64,000 nt of DNA, from positions 1 through 64,000 of the forward strand of contig CAWVRN010000013.1 in the NCBI GenBank assembly GCA_963932905.1, written 5' to 3'. Below the pieces are notes generated by a model. The model was not told where the DNA came from and did not search any database. It worked only from the letters and a program-made list of their open reading frames with translations. Both the position numbers and the translations under genes were made by a program. The stretch is from an uncultured Bdellovibrio sp. GTDB lineage: Bacteria > Bdellovibrionota > Bdellovibrionia > Bdellovibrionales > Bdellovibrionaceae. Of this stretch, positions 18,943 through 29,842 are shown piece after piece (within the stretch, counting starts at the first letter, position 1; every line of letters starts with the position of its first letter).

Positions 18943-21470
18943 TAATCAAACTAGCATTAAAAGAACTAGCTAATAAATGGCGATGGAGTTTGGTTTTTGT
19001 TTTGAACCTAGCTTTTGGATTTGTCGGGTTTACAACTGTCCTTTCCTTCCAAAATGCAATTGAAGAAAATGCGCAAGCCAACTCAAAACAAATTTTATCG
19101 GCCGATCTAGCCATCAGTGCACGCAAAAAAATTGCGGATACCGATATTCAAAAGGCTGAAGACTATTTAAAATCTAAAAATATACAATTTAAGAGAACAA
19201 AGGTGACCGAATTTTTTGCGATGATCTCACAAGGCGATCGCAGTCATTTGGTTTTGGTAAAAGCCATTGATAACCTATATCCTCTATATGGTGAACTTGC
19301 TTTAACGAAGTCCACAATCAAGGGCGATTCAACTAAAACTATCTTTAGTACGCCAACTTTGTGGGCTTATCCCGAACTCAAAGGAATTCTGAATTTAGAC
19401 ATCGGGACGAAAATAAAACTAGGCAGCCTAGAATTAACTGTTGATGATTTTATCACTAAGGACGGGACCCAAACGTTTCGTTTAGCTAGTTTAGCGCCTA
19501 GAATTTTCATCGATAGCACATGGATAGAGAAATCTAGGCTTCTGCAATTCGGTAGCACCTTTACTGAAGCCTACTTATATCAATTTGCAGCAGATTCAGC
19601 GGCCAGCATCCAAAAAGATTTGTTCACGATCATTAGTGATCCTGCAGTTCAAATCGATACGCCAACGACGGCATCGGAAGATTCAGCTCGTCAGTTAGGA
19701 TTCCTGACGGACTTCCTTAATCTTGTGGCCCTTGTTGCTATTTTACTTGCAGGGCTCGGTGCAAGTTATCTGTATCAAGTTTTCGCGCGCAAAAAAACTA
19801 AAGACTTTGCTATATTTAAAACACTGGGACTTGAATACTCGTCGCTATTAAAAATTTATATTCTGCAATTATTCGTACTCAGCTTATTCGTCTGCGGATT
19901 TTCCTACCTGGGTTCCATTGCCTTTATACCTTTCTTGCAATGGATTATAAGTTCGCTAGTAACACAGGAACTGCATGTTCATATTCCAATGTATGTCGTA
20001 GGATTGACTTTAGTTCTGACATTCATCGCTAGTTTAATTGTAGTCGGACCCTATATTCAAACTTTAAACCGAGTTCCTCCTGGAGTTTTATTTAAAGAAG
20101 AACAAAGCCAGATTTTCAATCCGTCGAAAAATTTTTTAACGTTTCTTGCAGCGTTGTGTTTAATGGGCTTTTTAACCTTGTTCCTGACAAAATCGGTAAT
20201 GATGACTTCGATCTTTATCGGATCAATCGCCGGTCTTGCGGTGTTATTTTTCGCCGTTGGCAACGGATTGATCTATATACTGGGATCTTTACCAATTCAT
20301 TTTTGGGTTTACAAATATGCCATTAGATCATTGCAACGCCGGAAATCCACAGCACTCGTATTGTTTTCCACAATTGGAACAGCCATTCTGTTGTTGAATT
20401 TACTGCCGCAGTTAAAACATTCTCTCAAAGATCAATTTTTAACAAATGGCACTAACCTGCCATCATTGTTTCTGTTCGATATTCAAGATGAACAGGTAGA
20501 CCCACTAAAAACTATTATTAAAGAGAATAACAAAGAAATCTCGCAATTGTCCCCGATTGTTCGCAGCCGTATTTTGAAAATCAATGATGTTCCTTATGAA
20601 CGTAAGGTTGACTTCAACGCATTTAAGACTCGCGAAGAAGAACGCGACGCCCGCTTTAGAAATCGAGGAGTAAATCTAACCTATCGAGATAAGTTATCCT
20701 CGTCAGAAACTTTAGTTGCCGGGGTTCCGCTCGGCGACTACAAAGGCGAAATTCCCGGCCTATCTTTAGAACAGAAATATGCAGATCGAATGGGTATCAA
20801 ACTAGGTGATGTTATCGAGTTCGATATTCAGGGCGTGGACATCAAAGGTAAAGTTGTAAATTTCAGAAAAATAAAATGGGCCAGCTTTCAGCCAAACTTT
20901 TTCATCACGTTTGGCGCCGGAGTATTAGATGATGCGCCAAAAACAAGTATCGGAATCGTAAATGGACTAAATGACGTGGAAGTTGCGTCGATTATTTCGC
21001 AAGTCGCCAAAGCGCTTCCCAATGTATCTATCATTGATGTTCGCCAATTGATTAAAGACCTTCTTAAGATGTCGGATCAAATGACCTTATCGCTAGAACT
21101 AATGGCCTACTTATCTTTGATTACAGGTTTTGTTGTGTTGATATCATTAATTTCCATTCAACTGCAGGACCGTAAGTGGGAAATCAACCTATTTAAAATA
21201 TTGGGATCACCAAATCAGTCAATTAATACGAATTTGCTTTTTGAGTACGGTACCATTGTTTTATTTTCCGTTTTTCTTGGGATCTCGTTTAGTTTTCTGA
21301 TGAGTTATTTAACATTAAAATATACATTTGATTCAGACTACTCGTTTAACTTGAAGGATGCCTTCTATATCGCAGTAGCGGTTATAGTGGTGGCTCTAAT
21401 CATTATTCAGTACATGGCTGGTATCTACTTGAAAAAACGTTCTAACGAAATTTTAAAAGATTCATTATAA
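18939..21470 (+). CDS. ABC transporter permease (YbbP-like, double FtsX)
   Basis: ADLAIS, KAID..YPLYG, LFLFDIQ, W..FQPNFF; 843-aa membrane protein. Confidence 0.85.
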   Translation: MIIKLALKELANKWRWSLVFVLNLAFGFVGFTTVLSFQNAIEENAQANSKQILSADLAISARKKIADTDIQKAEDYLKSKNIQFKRTKVTEFFAMISQGDRSHLVLVKAIDNLYPLYGELALTKSTIKGDSTKTIFSTPTLWAYPELKGILNLDIGTKIKLGSLELTVDDFITKDGTQTFRLASLAPRIFIDSTWIEKSRLLQFGSTFTEAYLYQFAADSAASIQKDLFTIISDPAVQIDTPTTASEDSARQLGFLTDFLNLVALVAILLAGLGASYLYQVFARKKTKDFAIFKTLGLEYSSLLKIYILQLFVLSLFVCGFSYLGSIAFIPFLQWIISSLVTQELHVHIPMYVVGLTLVLTFIASLIVVGPYIQTLNRVPPGVLFKEEQSQIFNPSKNFLTFLAALCLMGFLTLFLTKSVMMTSIFIGSIAGLAVLFFAVGNGLIYILGSLPIHFWVYKYAIRSLQRRKSTALVLFSTIGTAILLLNLLPQLKHSLKDQFLTNGTNLPSLFLFDIQDEQVDPLKTIIKENNKEISQLSPIVRSRILKINDVPYERKVDFNAFKTREEERDARFRNRGVNLTYRDKLSSSETLVAGVPLGDYKGEIPGLSLEQKYADRMGIKLGDVIEFDIQGVDIKGKVVNFRKIKWASFQPNFFITFGAGVLDDAPKTSIGIVNGLNDVEVASIISQVAKALPNVSIIDVRQLIKDLLKMSDQMTLSLELMAYLSLITGFVVLISLISIQLQDRKWEINLFKILGSPNQSINTNLLFEYGTIVLFSVFLGISFSFLMSYLTLKYTFDSDYSFNLKDAFYIAVAVIVVALIIIQYMAGIYLKKRSNEILKDSL

Positions 21471-21483
21471 AAGAGGTGAACAA

Positions 21484-21930
21484 ATGAAGCTACTCATCAC
21501 ACTACTACTATCAGGAACAGCATTGTTTGCACATGTACCAGCGCCCGAATTGCGCCTAACGTGTACAACCAATCAAGTTCCCACGATGTATGGCGAAGCT
21601 AGAATAACTTTTGATTTATTTAGCTTAGGAAATGACAAATACACATCAACAATGGAGGTCGTCGTTGACGGACAGCCAACTCTAAGATTTAAACAACCCG
21701 AATACATCGGCAGCCGATCTAATTTCGTGATGAATTTTCAGCCAACTGGTCCCGCAGTACAAGTCGCTCAAGATGGAACAGAAACTGTGCTACCTAATTC
21801 TAGATCAGATATTAATTACTCTGAACCCTTCGGAGTTTGGGGACTAACTGCTAGTATTAAATTCCAACCATCAACCGCCTCTGATCTTTCAATTGATTAT
21901 ATTACCACGGACTGCAAACTGAATCCTTAA
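21484..21930 (+). CDS. Small secreted hypothetical protein
   Basis: Signal peptide, GAGG RBS, two Cys. Confidence 0.7.
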   Translation: MKLLITLLLSGTALFAHVPAPELRLTCTTNQVPTMYGEARITFDLFSLGNDKYTSTMEVVVDGQPTLRFKQPEYIGSRSNFVMNFQPTGPAVQVAQDGTETVLPNSRSDINYSEPFGVWGLTASIKFQPSTASDLSIDYITTDCKLNP

Positions 21931-21973
21931 GGTATTAGATCACACAGTTTCAAATGCAGATGCCATTTTAGTT

Positions 21974-22011
21974 AAATAAAAAAACCCGGGGGTAACCCGG
22001 GTTTTTTATTT
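21974..22011. terminator. Bidirectional intrinsic terminator
   Basis: aaataaaaaaacccgg..ccgggttttttattt between convergent genes. Confidence 0.88.
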
Positions 22012-22062
22012 CCGCAGACAGTACAGCTACAACTGCGCTTGATACAGTTGCTGAGTACGTTT

Positions 22063-25000
22063 CTAATGCTGTTGAGGCTTATCTTGAGTGATCAATTTTG
22101 ATCCCACATTCTTAATCATCCACTGACGACCACGTTCAATATAACTAAATACCGCTGGAATTAACACAAGTGTAAGCAACGTTGAAATCAATACCCCACC
22201 CACAACTGCGATACCCAGTGATTTACGTTGCGAGGACGCTTCATTCAGACCGATAGCTACCGGTAACATACCGGCCACTAACGCCAAACTTGTCATCAAG
22301 ATTGGACGAAGACGTGTTTTACATCCCTGAACAATCGCATCGTTCAATGATAAACCTTCCTGAAGTTTCTGATTGATGTAGTCGACCAGAATAATTGAGT
22401 TCTTGGTCGCTAACCCCATTAACATAATACAACCAATCATCGAGAATAAATCCAGCGTCGATTGCATCACAAACAAACCAAAGAATCCGCCGAATACCGC
22501 AAACGGAATTACAAGCATAATTACAAACGGAGTCACAATCGATTCATACAACGATGCTAGAACTAGAAAGATAAAAATAATCGCAAAAAGACCAGCGTTC
22601 ACAATACTTTTTCCAAGCTCTTGGAAGTTCTCGGCCTGACCGACGAAACGATACGTAACGCCTTCTGGTAATTTAATCTGACCAGATGTAAACATCGTAT
22701 TGATATCTTGAATTGCGCCACCCATACCTGGGCCCTTTGGGGCCACGTCAGCTTCGATACTGACATAGCGAGCACGGTTCTCACGATTGATTGTTGCAAA
22801 ACCTACTTCTTTTACAGTCGTCGCAAAATCTTTGATATACACCGGTCGGAAATTCAAATTAGGTACAGTTGTTTTCGTAAAATATTTCTCTAAATCACGC
22901 TGATCATCTTGAAGTCGAACACGAATATCATACTCTAGACCATTTTCACGATACTTAGAAGCAACTAATCCTTCAATCTGCGCGCGTAATTCTGTTCCGA
23001 CCTGAATTGGTGTCACACCGTAAAGCTGTGCTTTTTCTTTGTCGACTTTGATTTGGAATTCAGGAAGACCTGGTTTATCAGTAATTTCTGGATCAACCAA
23101 AGCCGGATGCGTTTTCAATTTTTCGAAAAGTTGTTTCGAAACATCACGAACTTGATTTAAATCCTGACCAACAATATTGATCACGAACGGACGTTGACCG
23201 GCACCTACGAAATCCACATCCTTAACTTTAGGTTTTGCAAACGCCCATTTTTGAACAAGAGTACGCATTTGTTCTTTAATTGCTGTCGTTGTTTGCGAAC
23301 GGCTTTCAAAAGGAGTCAGTTTTACGTAGATATCGCCCACATAGGACCGGCCATTAACATCACCTGCCGTAGTTAACGTTAATTCAACCACAGGATTTTT
23401 TCTAATTTCAACTTCTACTTCTTTCACAAGTTCTGACATTTTATCTAATGTTGAACCTGGCTCCAACTCCAAACCGATGACAAATTCACCTGAGTCATTA
23501 GCCGGAATGAACGTTTTAGGGATAAAAGCAACTGTTGAAGCTAAACCAATGATTAAACCTATCATGCATAATAAAGTGATCAACGGGCGTCTTAGAATAC
23601 CTTTAACAAACGTTTCGTAACCATTTTCTAGTTTCGCCTGTAAACGATCGAACAACACCAAAAGCGACGTGATTGGATTCATGCTTAATGGCTTCCCAGT
23701 TAATGATACGTGACGTCCGCCGAAATATGCCGATAACATCGGTGCATTCGACAAGGCATCAAAAAGGCTGATTATCATCACAAAACAGACAGCCAATCCA
23801 AACGATTTAAAGAACTGACCAACCACGCCTGCAAGGAATGCAATCGGCGCGAATACCGCAAGAACGGCTAGTGTAACAGCGATAACAGCAACACCGACTT
23901 CAGCGGTTCCATCTAATGCGGCTTGAACTGGCGACTTTCCCATCTCCAAATGTCGGAAGATATTCTCTCGCACAACGATGGCGTCATCGATAAGTAGACC
24001 GACGGCAAGCGAGAAGGCTAGCAACGACATGATATTAATGGTCATGCCAGCTACGTTCATCAATGCGAATGAGCCAATCAAAGCAACTGGAATGGCAAAA
24101 CCAGTGATCAAGGTCGATCGTAAAGATCCAAGGAACAGGTACACAACTAAGACTGTTAGAATGATACCAAATACGATTGATTCACCTACGTCGAAAACGT
24201 TAGCCCAAACATATTTTGTCGTATCACGAACCAATTTAACTTCGAAATCTTTACCGTATACCTTTTTAAGTTCATCATTAATTTTAGCTAAACGTTTATG
24301 AATCCCGTTCGCCACGCTAATCGTGTTGGCGCCGGATTGTTTATAGATATTTAAGAAAATCGAATTTTCACCATTAATATACACGCGCAGCTTTTCGTCT
24401 TCAACAGTATCTAACACCGTTGCCACGTCACCAAGTTTAGTAATCGAATCATTACCAAAAAAGCTAACGATGGAATTTCTGATCTGATCAAGCGTGTTAA
24501 ATTCACCTAACGTACGGAACACCAATTCTGATTTCGACTGATCAACTTTACCAGCCGGAACGTTTTGGCCCGTATTTTTTAAGGCCCCTACAATCTGAGT
24601 CAATGACAGCTCGCGACCAGCGGCTTTATTTCTATCGACTTGCACTTGAACTTCACGTTTACGACCGCCAACAACCTCAACCAAACCGACTTGATTCACT
24701 TGCTCGAAGAGTGGACGAATTTGTTCATTCGCCAAGTCGTATAGTTTACCACCTGTTAAGTTAGATTGAATCGCCATAACCATAATAGGCTGCGCTGATG
24801 GGTCCACACGTCGAATAATTGGTTCGTCAACTGTGTCTGGTAGTTTTTTACGTGCACTTGCTGTTTTATCACGTACTTGTTGTTCAGCGTACTTGATATC
24901 TACATCCAAATTGAATTCAGCGATAACTACGCTCACTGATTCACGATTGACCGAACGGATATTTTTAATACCAGAGATTGTCGACATCTCTTCTTCGATC

Positions 25001-25197
25001 GGTTTTGATATCAGTGTTTCAACTTCTGTTGGACCAGCTCCCTGATAAATTGTTTGCACGGTCACAATAGGAAATGTGATATCCGGAAACAGTTCCACGG
25101 GAATTTTGGTGAACCCAAAATATCCAACCGCCATCAAAGCCGCAAGGATAGAGGACATGAACACAGGTCTTCTTACTGACAATTCCCAAATTTTCAT
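22063..25197 (-). CDS. RND efflux permease (AcrB/AcrD/AcrF family)
   Basis: 1044 aa; GLLIDDAIVVRENI, KNSIILVD, RLRPILMTS. Confidence 0.95.
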   Translation of the reverse strand: MKIWELSVRRPVFMSSILAALMAVGYFGFTKIPVELFPDITFPIVTVQTIYQGAGPTEVETLISKPIEEEMSTISGIKNIRSVNRESVSVVIAEFNLDVDIKYAEQQVRDKTASARKKLPDTVDEPIIRRVDPSAQPIMVMAIQSNLTGGKLYDLANEQIRPLFEQVNQVGLVEVVGGRKREVQVQVDRNKAAGRELSLTQIVGALKNTGQNVPAGKVDQSKSELVFRTLGEFNTLDQIRNSIVSFFGNDSITKLGDVATVLDTVEDEKLRVYINGENSIFLNIYKQSGANTISVANGIHKRLAKINDELKKVYGKDFEVKLVRDTTKYVWANVFDVGESIVFGIILTVLVVYLFLGSLRSTLITGFAIPVALIGSFALMNVAGMTINIMSLLAFSLAVGLLIDDAIVVRENIFRHLEMGKSPVQAALDGTAEVGVAVIAVTLAVLAVFAPIAFLAGVVGQFFKSFGLAVCFVMIISLFDALSNAPMLSAYFGGRHVSLTGKPLSMNPITSLLVLFDRLQAKLENGYETFVKGILRRPLITLLCMIGLIIGLASTVAFIPKTFIPANDSGEFVIGLELEPGSTLDKMSELVKEVEVEIRKNPVVELTLTTAGDVNGRSYVGDIYVKLTPFESRSQTTTAIKEQMRTLVQKWAFAKPKVKDVDFVGAGQRPFVINIVGQDLNQVRDVSKQLFEKLKTHPALVDPEITDKPGLPEFQIKVDKEKAQLYGVTPIQVGTELRAQIEGLVASKYRENGLEYDIRVRLQDDQRDLEKYFTKTTVPNLNFRPVYIKDFATTVKEVGFATINRENRARYVSIEADVAPKGPGMGGAIQDINTMFTSGQIKLPEGVTYRFVGQAENFQELGKSIVNAGLFAIIFIFLVLASLYESIVTPFVIMLVIPFAVFGGFFGLFVMQSTLDLFSMIGCIMLMGLATKNSIILVDYINQKLQEGLSLNDAIVQGCKTRLRPILMTSLALVAGMLPVAIGLNEASSQRKSLGIAVVGGVLISTLLTLVLIPAVFSYIERGRQWMIKNVGSKLITQDKPQQH

Positions 25198-25206
25198 AAT
25201 GATTCC

Positions 25207-26613
25207 TTATCTGTACAACTCAAGTGAAGTTAAAAATTTACGTACTTGCAGTTCTAAATTAATTTTTTGATTTCTAGAGTTAACGTAGTCCTGTTCAAAC
25301 ATTAATACTTGGTAAGTAGTCGATCGACCGTTGTTGTATTTCGATCGTTCTAAATCCACCTTATTTTTTTGAACTTGTTCTAAATCGCGAACTATCTTTA
25401 ATTGCTGAGCCAAGGTTTCCGCTTGATCTACAGTATTTTTCCATTGAACGGATTCGTTACGAACCCGCGCTTTCTCTGCAAGCACCTGGCTTTCCGCTAA
25501 TTTTGCATAACCCGCTTTAGAATCTGACAGATTGCTTAGATCCAACGGCATATTAAAGGTTAGCGCCACAGCAGAATAGTCTTTCGCATCCGAAATTTTT
25601 GTTTGGGCACCCGATGCCGTCGCGTCTCGACCTTGTTTTAAATAAGCCATACTTAAGTTAAGTGTCGGTTTATTTTTTTCACGTTGGGCGATATAAGACG
25701 ATTCCATCGATTTCAAATTTTCTTTTTGAAGCAACAAATCTAACCGCGCACGCGCCTGTTGCTCGCTGAGTTCAAGTTCTTTGGTGTCGATTTCCTCTGT
25801 CGTTAAGTGATAGTTAACCGAATCAGAATCCACCTCTAAAAACGAATTAAATAATCGAGCCGCTTCTTTTAACTTAACTTCAGCAGACATTAACTCCAAA
25901 CGACGAGCTGAAACTAATGCCTGGGTTTGAAACACATCACTTTTATCAGCTAAATTGCGTTTGGCACGTGATTCAGCCCAATTCAATATTTTCTCTGCGC
26001 GCTGCAAAGAGTCCTTCTGAATATCTACACTCTTTTGCTGGGTTGCTAAAGTATAGTAGGCATCCTTAATTTCGTTTTCTTTTTGAATACGGGCTAACTC
26101 AGAATTGATTTTCTGCACACCCACTTGAGTTTCAAGCTGACCTTGAGTTGCTCTCGTTTCTGAACCTAACCAGTTTCTCCACAAAGGTAGCGACAATTCA
26201 ATTTTTGGATACATATCATAGTATTCAGGCATCGGGATAATTGAAGCATTATGTATCTTTGTGTATTGATAATTTTGCGACAATGTCCAAGCTAAACCGA
26301 AACTTGTTTGCTGTTGTAATCCCACGGCTACACTTTGTACTTCCGTTTGATCCCCTTGAAATGAGGGCGCTGATGTCGGGCGACCATCGTTTAACAAATT
26401 ACCATTCGCAAAAAAGTTTAAACCCGTTAACAGACGGGCGTTATTTTCAATCAGTCGCGACCCTTCCAATGACATTTGGGCCGATTGAATCGATGGGTCC
26501 TTCGCCTGCGCCATCTCGATATACTGCTTCAGCGATAACGGATCGCTGGCCAGTGCCTGATTCGCACAAACACCAAAAATGAATATGAACTTTAAGTAAA
26601 TTGCCGATTTCAT
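25207..26613 (-). CDS. TolC-family outer membrane channel
   Basis: Signal peptide, LSLPLW, YNNGRST; located between tetR and the RND gene. Confidence 0.85.
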   Translation of the reverse strand: MKSAIYLKFIFIFGVCANQALASDPLSLKQYIEMAQAKDPSIQSAQMSLEGSRLIENNARLLTGLNFFANGNLLNDGRPTSAPSFQGDQTEVQSVAVGLQQQTSFGLAWTLSQNYQYTKIHNASIIPMPEYYDMYPKIELSLPLWRNWLGSETRATQGQLETQVGVQKINSELARIQKENEIKDAYYTLATQQKSVDIQKDSLQRAEKILNWAESRAKRNLADKSDVFQTQALVSARRLELMSAEVKLKEAARLFNSFLEVDSDSVNYHLTTEEIDTKELELSEQQARARLDLLLQKENLKSMESSYIAQREKNKPTLNLSMAYLKQGRDATASGAQTKISDAKDYSAVALTFNMPLDLSNLSDSKAGYAKLAESQVLAEKARVRNESVQWKNTVDQAETLAQQLKIVRDLEQVQKNKVDLERSKYNNGRSTTYQVLMFEQDYVNSRNQKINLELQVRKFLTSLELYR

Positions 26614-27248
26614 TTTTTTATTCCTTGTAAAAACAGATCTGTTAAAAAATCTATAAATTTATCTTTATCTTTTGGTAAATCAAAAGAGCCTTTGAGGGCG
26701 CTCAATCCGCACTCTTCCGACGTCATGTAGCCGATTATGGATTCGAACAAAATTCCTAGAAAGGCACGGACATCAAATCCACTGCGTATAATTTTCCTTT
26801 TCTGAGCTTCCTTAAACACAGCGATAACTTGTTCTGCGATGGGTCCTACCATTTTCTCGTGTAGCTCACGCGCAAACGGAAGACCGTTGACCTTTTCCCT
26901 TTGCATAATGCTGATCATTTCGGGATTGCCGTACTTCATGTTCACAATAATCGTAACCAATGATTTCAGCTCTATGCGGAATTGTTTCGGAGTTAACTCT
27001 TTGCCCGAACTGCTTTGAAAAAGCTTACTAATTTGACCACCGACCATTTGTATGTGTCCGCCGATGATTTCTTTGTAAAGACCTTCCTTGCTGCCAAAGT
27101 AGTAGCTGATCATAGAAATGTTCTGACCAGATTCTTTGGCTATTTCTCTGACGGAAATAGCTTCGAATCCTTTTTTCGCAAACAAGCTACGGGCCGTGTT
27201 TAGAATATCGAGTTTGGCTGTCTGTTCAACTTTTTGTTCTTCAGTCAT
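26610..27248 (-). CDS. TetR/AcrR family regulator
   Basis: ILNTARSLFAKKGFEAISVREIA..ISYYFGSKEGLY. Confidence 0.93.
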   Translation of the reverse strand: MTEEQKVEQTAKLDILNTARSLFAKKGFEAISVREIAKESGQNISMISYYFGSKEGLYKEIIGGHIQMVGGQISKLFQSSSGKELTPKQFRIELKSLVTIIVNMKYGNPEMISIMQREKVNGLPFARELHEKMVGPIAEQVIAVFKEAQKRKIIRSGFDVRAFLGILFESIIGYMTSEECGLSALKGSFDLPKDKDKFIDFLTDLFLQGIKK

Positions 27249-27255
27249 GCAAACT

Positions 27256-27312
27256 ATAGTAGTTCAAACGTTCGTTTAATTCAAGCGAAATTCTAAACGA
27301 ACGTTTGAACTA
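27256..27312 (-). promoter_or_regulatory. sigma70 promoter with twin TetR operators (19-bp perfect inverted repeat); leaderless tetR
   Basis: Minus strand TTGAAT-17nt-TACTAT-7nt-ATG; IR TAGTTCAAACGTTCGTTTA 27260-27278 / TAAACGAACGTTTGAACTA 27294-27312. Confidence 0.8.
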
Positions 27313-27417
27313 AGGCCTAGTCTGGTTTAATGATATTAGAGCATCGACCGTTGTCTTAGACTGGGATTGGGTTTCGCAAAAAAATTATGACATATTTATT
27401 CTATTTAAGAATTGGCT

Positions 27418-27975
27418 TTAGAGAACTTTATTTTCATGGAGGGTGTAAAGTTTGAAGTTATATTTCTTCAAAGATTTCACAAACAGAGGGTCTGTTTTTT
27501 CTTTTTCGACGTAGGAGTTAGTTTTTGAATTCCAAATCTTAATACGCATCTTATCATTACTGTATTGTGCCGATGGTTTTCGTTTACCTTTGATAAAAGT
27601 CTTTTCGCGCTGAACGATATCTAGGAATCCATCACCATCGATATCCTCAACCCAGCCCTCTTTTAAAATTCTAAGTTTCGAAGTCTTGGACATAACAGCA
27701 AAGTCATTTATGATTAGGGCTAACTGGTCATGACGCTTCACCGTCAGCGTATAAAAGGTCAGTTCTTTAGATTTAATTGCTTCAAGTTCGAAGGTTTGGC
27801 CTCGTGGGCCTTTGAATACGGTCACGTTATTTGAGTCTATATATTTATACTTTTTGGAGTCGACTTTGAACCGCCCAGAAGTAAAATGAAACGACTTAAA
27901 AAATCTATGCTCTTCGGACTTAGCGGTATTAAAAATTAAAAGAGCGAGACCCACATACAGTAGTTTCATTGTCAC
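27418..27975 (-). CDS. Secreted hypothetical protein
   Basis: Signal peptide; single DIDGDGFLDI Ca-binding-like motif. Confidence 0.7.
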   Translation of the reverse strand: MTMKLLYVGLALLIFNTAKSEEHRFFKSFHFTSGRFKVDSKKYKYIDSNNVTVFKGPRGQTFELEAIKSKELTFYTLTVKRHDQLALIINDFAVMSKTSKLRILKEGWVEDIDGDGFLDIVQREKTFIKGKRKPSAQYSNDKMRIKIWNSKTNSYVEKEKTDPLFVKSLKKYNFKLYTLHENKVL

Positions 27976-28062
27976 CTTACAATATGGTAAAAGATCCCTC
28001 CTTCATTTACAAATCATCTATTCTTGTTGACCTTGAATGAGACTCTCAAGTACACGATTTCA

Positions 28063-29091
28063 ATGATATTTACTGACTCAAAACTGGGCGTTCCCCAACT
28101 GATCCAATCACTGAACGAATCAGAGCCCGTAGTTATGCCGACGGAAACTGTTTACGGTTTGGCGGCCAAAATAGATGATTTAGAGTCTTTAAAAAAAGTT
28201 TTTATTTATAAAAAACGGCCCTTCTTTGACCCTCTTATTGTACATATTTATGATCGAAATCAGTTGCGGGAACTATCTCATTTCGAGTCCCCGTTAATTA
28301 ACGATTTAGTGACGAAGTTTTGGCCAGGACCTTTAACTTTGGTATTACCTAAACTTCCAACAGTGAATGATCTAGTAACCTCGGGCTTAGATTCCGTAGG
28401 CATACGCATGCCTAACCATCCACTAGCACTAGAACTTTTGAAAGGGGCCAAAGTTCCACTCGCTGCCCCCAGTGCCAATCTATTTGGGCAAACAAGCCCT
28501 ACGACGGCTCAGCACGTAGAGCGTGATTTTCCAAACTTAAAAATACTAGATGGTGGCCCATGCAACATTGGTATCGAATCCACCGTGTTAAAAGTGCAAC
28601 CATCCGAGAATGGAATCGCACTCCTGTCAGTTTTACGTAAAGGCGTTATTACTCAATCTGAAATCAACATCGCGCTTAAAGGCTCAACAACCAAATATCA
28701 ATGGATGCCGGACTTAGATAAAAAGCAATCGCCGGGGCATATGAAACATCACTATATGCCGGCAACGCCAATTGTATTTTTCGATCGCCCAATTCAAATA
28801 CAGGACTATCTTGTGACGATCCAAAAGGATTTTCTGAAAATCCCTGATACGGTGGAAGACGTAACCATAGTTAAACCAAATGGGGCTATCCTTCGCAGCG
28901 AAAAATTGGAATTCAGCAGCGATCCGACATTGGCTTGCCGTGAACTGTACGGCAAATTAAAACACTCCTCAGAATCCAATTCGCAAATACTAGTTTTTGA
29001 AAAGCAAAATTACATGGTTGGCGAAGTTTGGGATGCGTTTTTAGAACGAATTTCCAAAGCTTCTAGTTTACACTATACCGTCAGACCTTAG
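28063..29091 (+). CDS. tsaC: L-threonylcarbamoyladenylate synthase (Sua5/TsaC)
   Basis: PTETVYGL, KKRP..PLIVH, FWPGPLT, APSAN, SPG....HY. Confidence 0.93.
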   Translation: MIFTDSKLGVPQLIQSLNESEPVVMPTETVYGLAAKIDDLESLKKVFIYKKRPFFDPLIVHIYDRNQLRELSHFESPLINDLVTKFWPGPLTLVLPKLPTVNDLVTSGLDSVGIRMPNHPLALELLKGAKVPLAAPSANLFGQTSPTTAQHVERDFPNLKILDGGPCNIGIESTVLKVQPSENGIALLSVLRKGVITQSEINIALKGSTTKYQWMPDLDKKQSPGHMKHHYMPATPIVFFDRPIQIQDYLVTIQKDFLKIPDTVEDVTIVKPNGAILRSEKLEFSSDPTLACRELYGKLKHSSESNSQILVFEKQNYMVGEVWDAFLERISKASSLHYTVRP

Positions 29092-29173
29092 TCGACGGCC
29101 ATGGGGAAAATTCTTTTGTCAAACATCGAAAAAAGGTACCCAGAATTTCGTTACCGAACTAGTCTAAATACAC

Positions 29174-29842
29174 ATGATTGTTGAAGTTAAAAATTTATAT
29201 AAAACATATGAACTAGGTGAAACCAAAATCGAAGCGTTACGTGGCTTAAACCTGTCGCTTGAAGCTGGTGAATTTACAGCACTGATTGGCGCATCGGGAT
29301 CAGGTAAATCTACCTTGCTGAATTTGATTGGCTGCTTGGATAAACCTGATCAAGGCGAAATCATTATTGCGGGACAGAACACCAGTTCACTCAGCGAAGA
29401 TGAGCTCAGTGAAATCCGCAATCTGCGCATTGGCTACATTTTCCAAGCCTTCAATTTGGTGCCGGTTCTATCAGTGTTTGAAAATGTGGAATTGCCCTTG
29501 GTCCTTCGCGCCAATGTCACAGCAGCACAACGGAAAGACCGCGTGATCCGTGCCCTTGAAGATGTTGGCTTGGGCGAATTTATAAATCATTGGCCAAATA
29601 AACTCTCTGGTGGTCAACGTCAGCGTGTTGCTATTGCGCGGGCCCTGGTAACGGAACCTAGCTTAATCTTAGCCGATGAACCAACCGCCAATTTGGATTC
29701 TAAAACCGCCCATATGATTATTGATTTGTTACTTGAAATGAATAAGAAACGAAACGCGACTTTTCTATTTTGTTCACATGACGAAAAACTTATCAGCCGT
29801 GTTCAAAAAATCATTCGTATATCAGATGGAAAGTTAATTTAA
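29174..29842 (+). CDS. ABC transporter ATP-binding protein (LolD/MacB-like)
   Basis: GASGSGKST, LSGGQRQR, ADEPTANLD. Confidence 0.93.
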   Translation: MIVEVKNLYKTYELGETKIEALRGLNLSLEAGEFTALIGASGSGKSTLLNLIGCLDKPDQGEIIIAGQNTSSLSEDELSEIRNLRIGYIFQAFNLVPVLSVFENVELPLVLRANVTAAQRKDRVIRALEDVGLGEFINHWPNKLSGGQRQRVAIARALVTEPSLILADEPTANLDSKTAHMIIDLLLEMNKKRNATFLFCSHDEKLISRVQKIIRISDGKLI

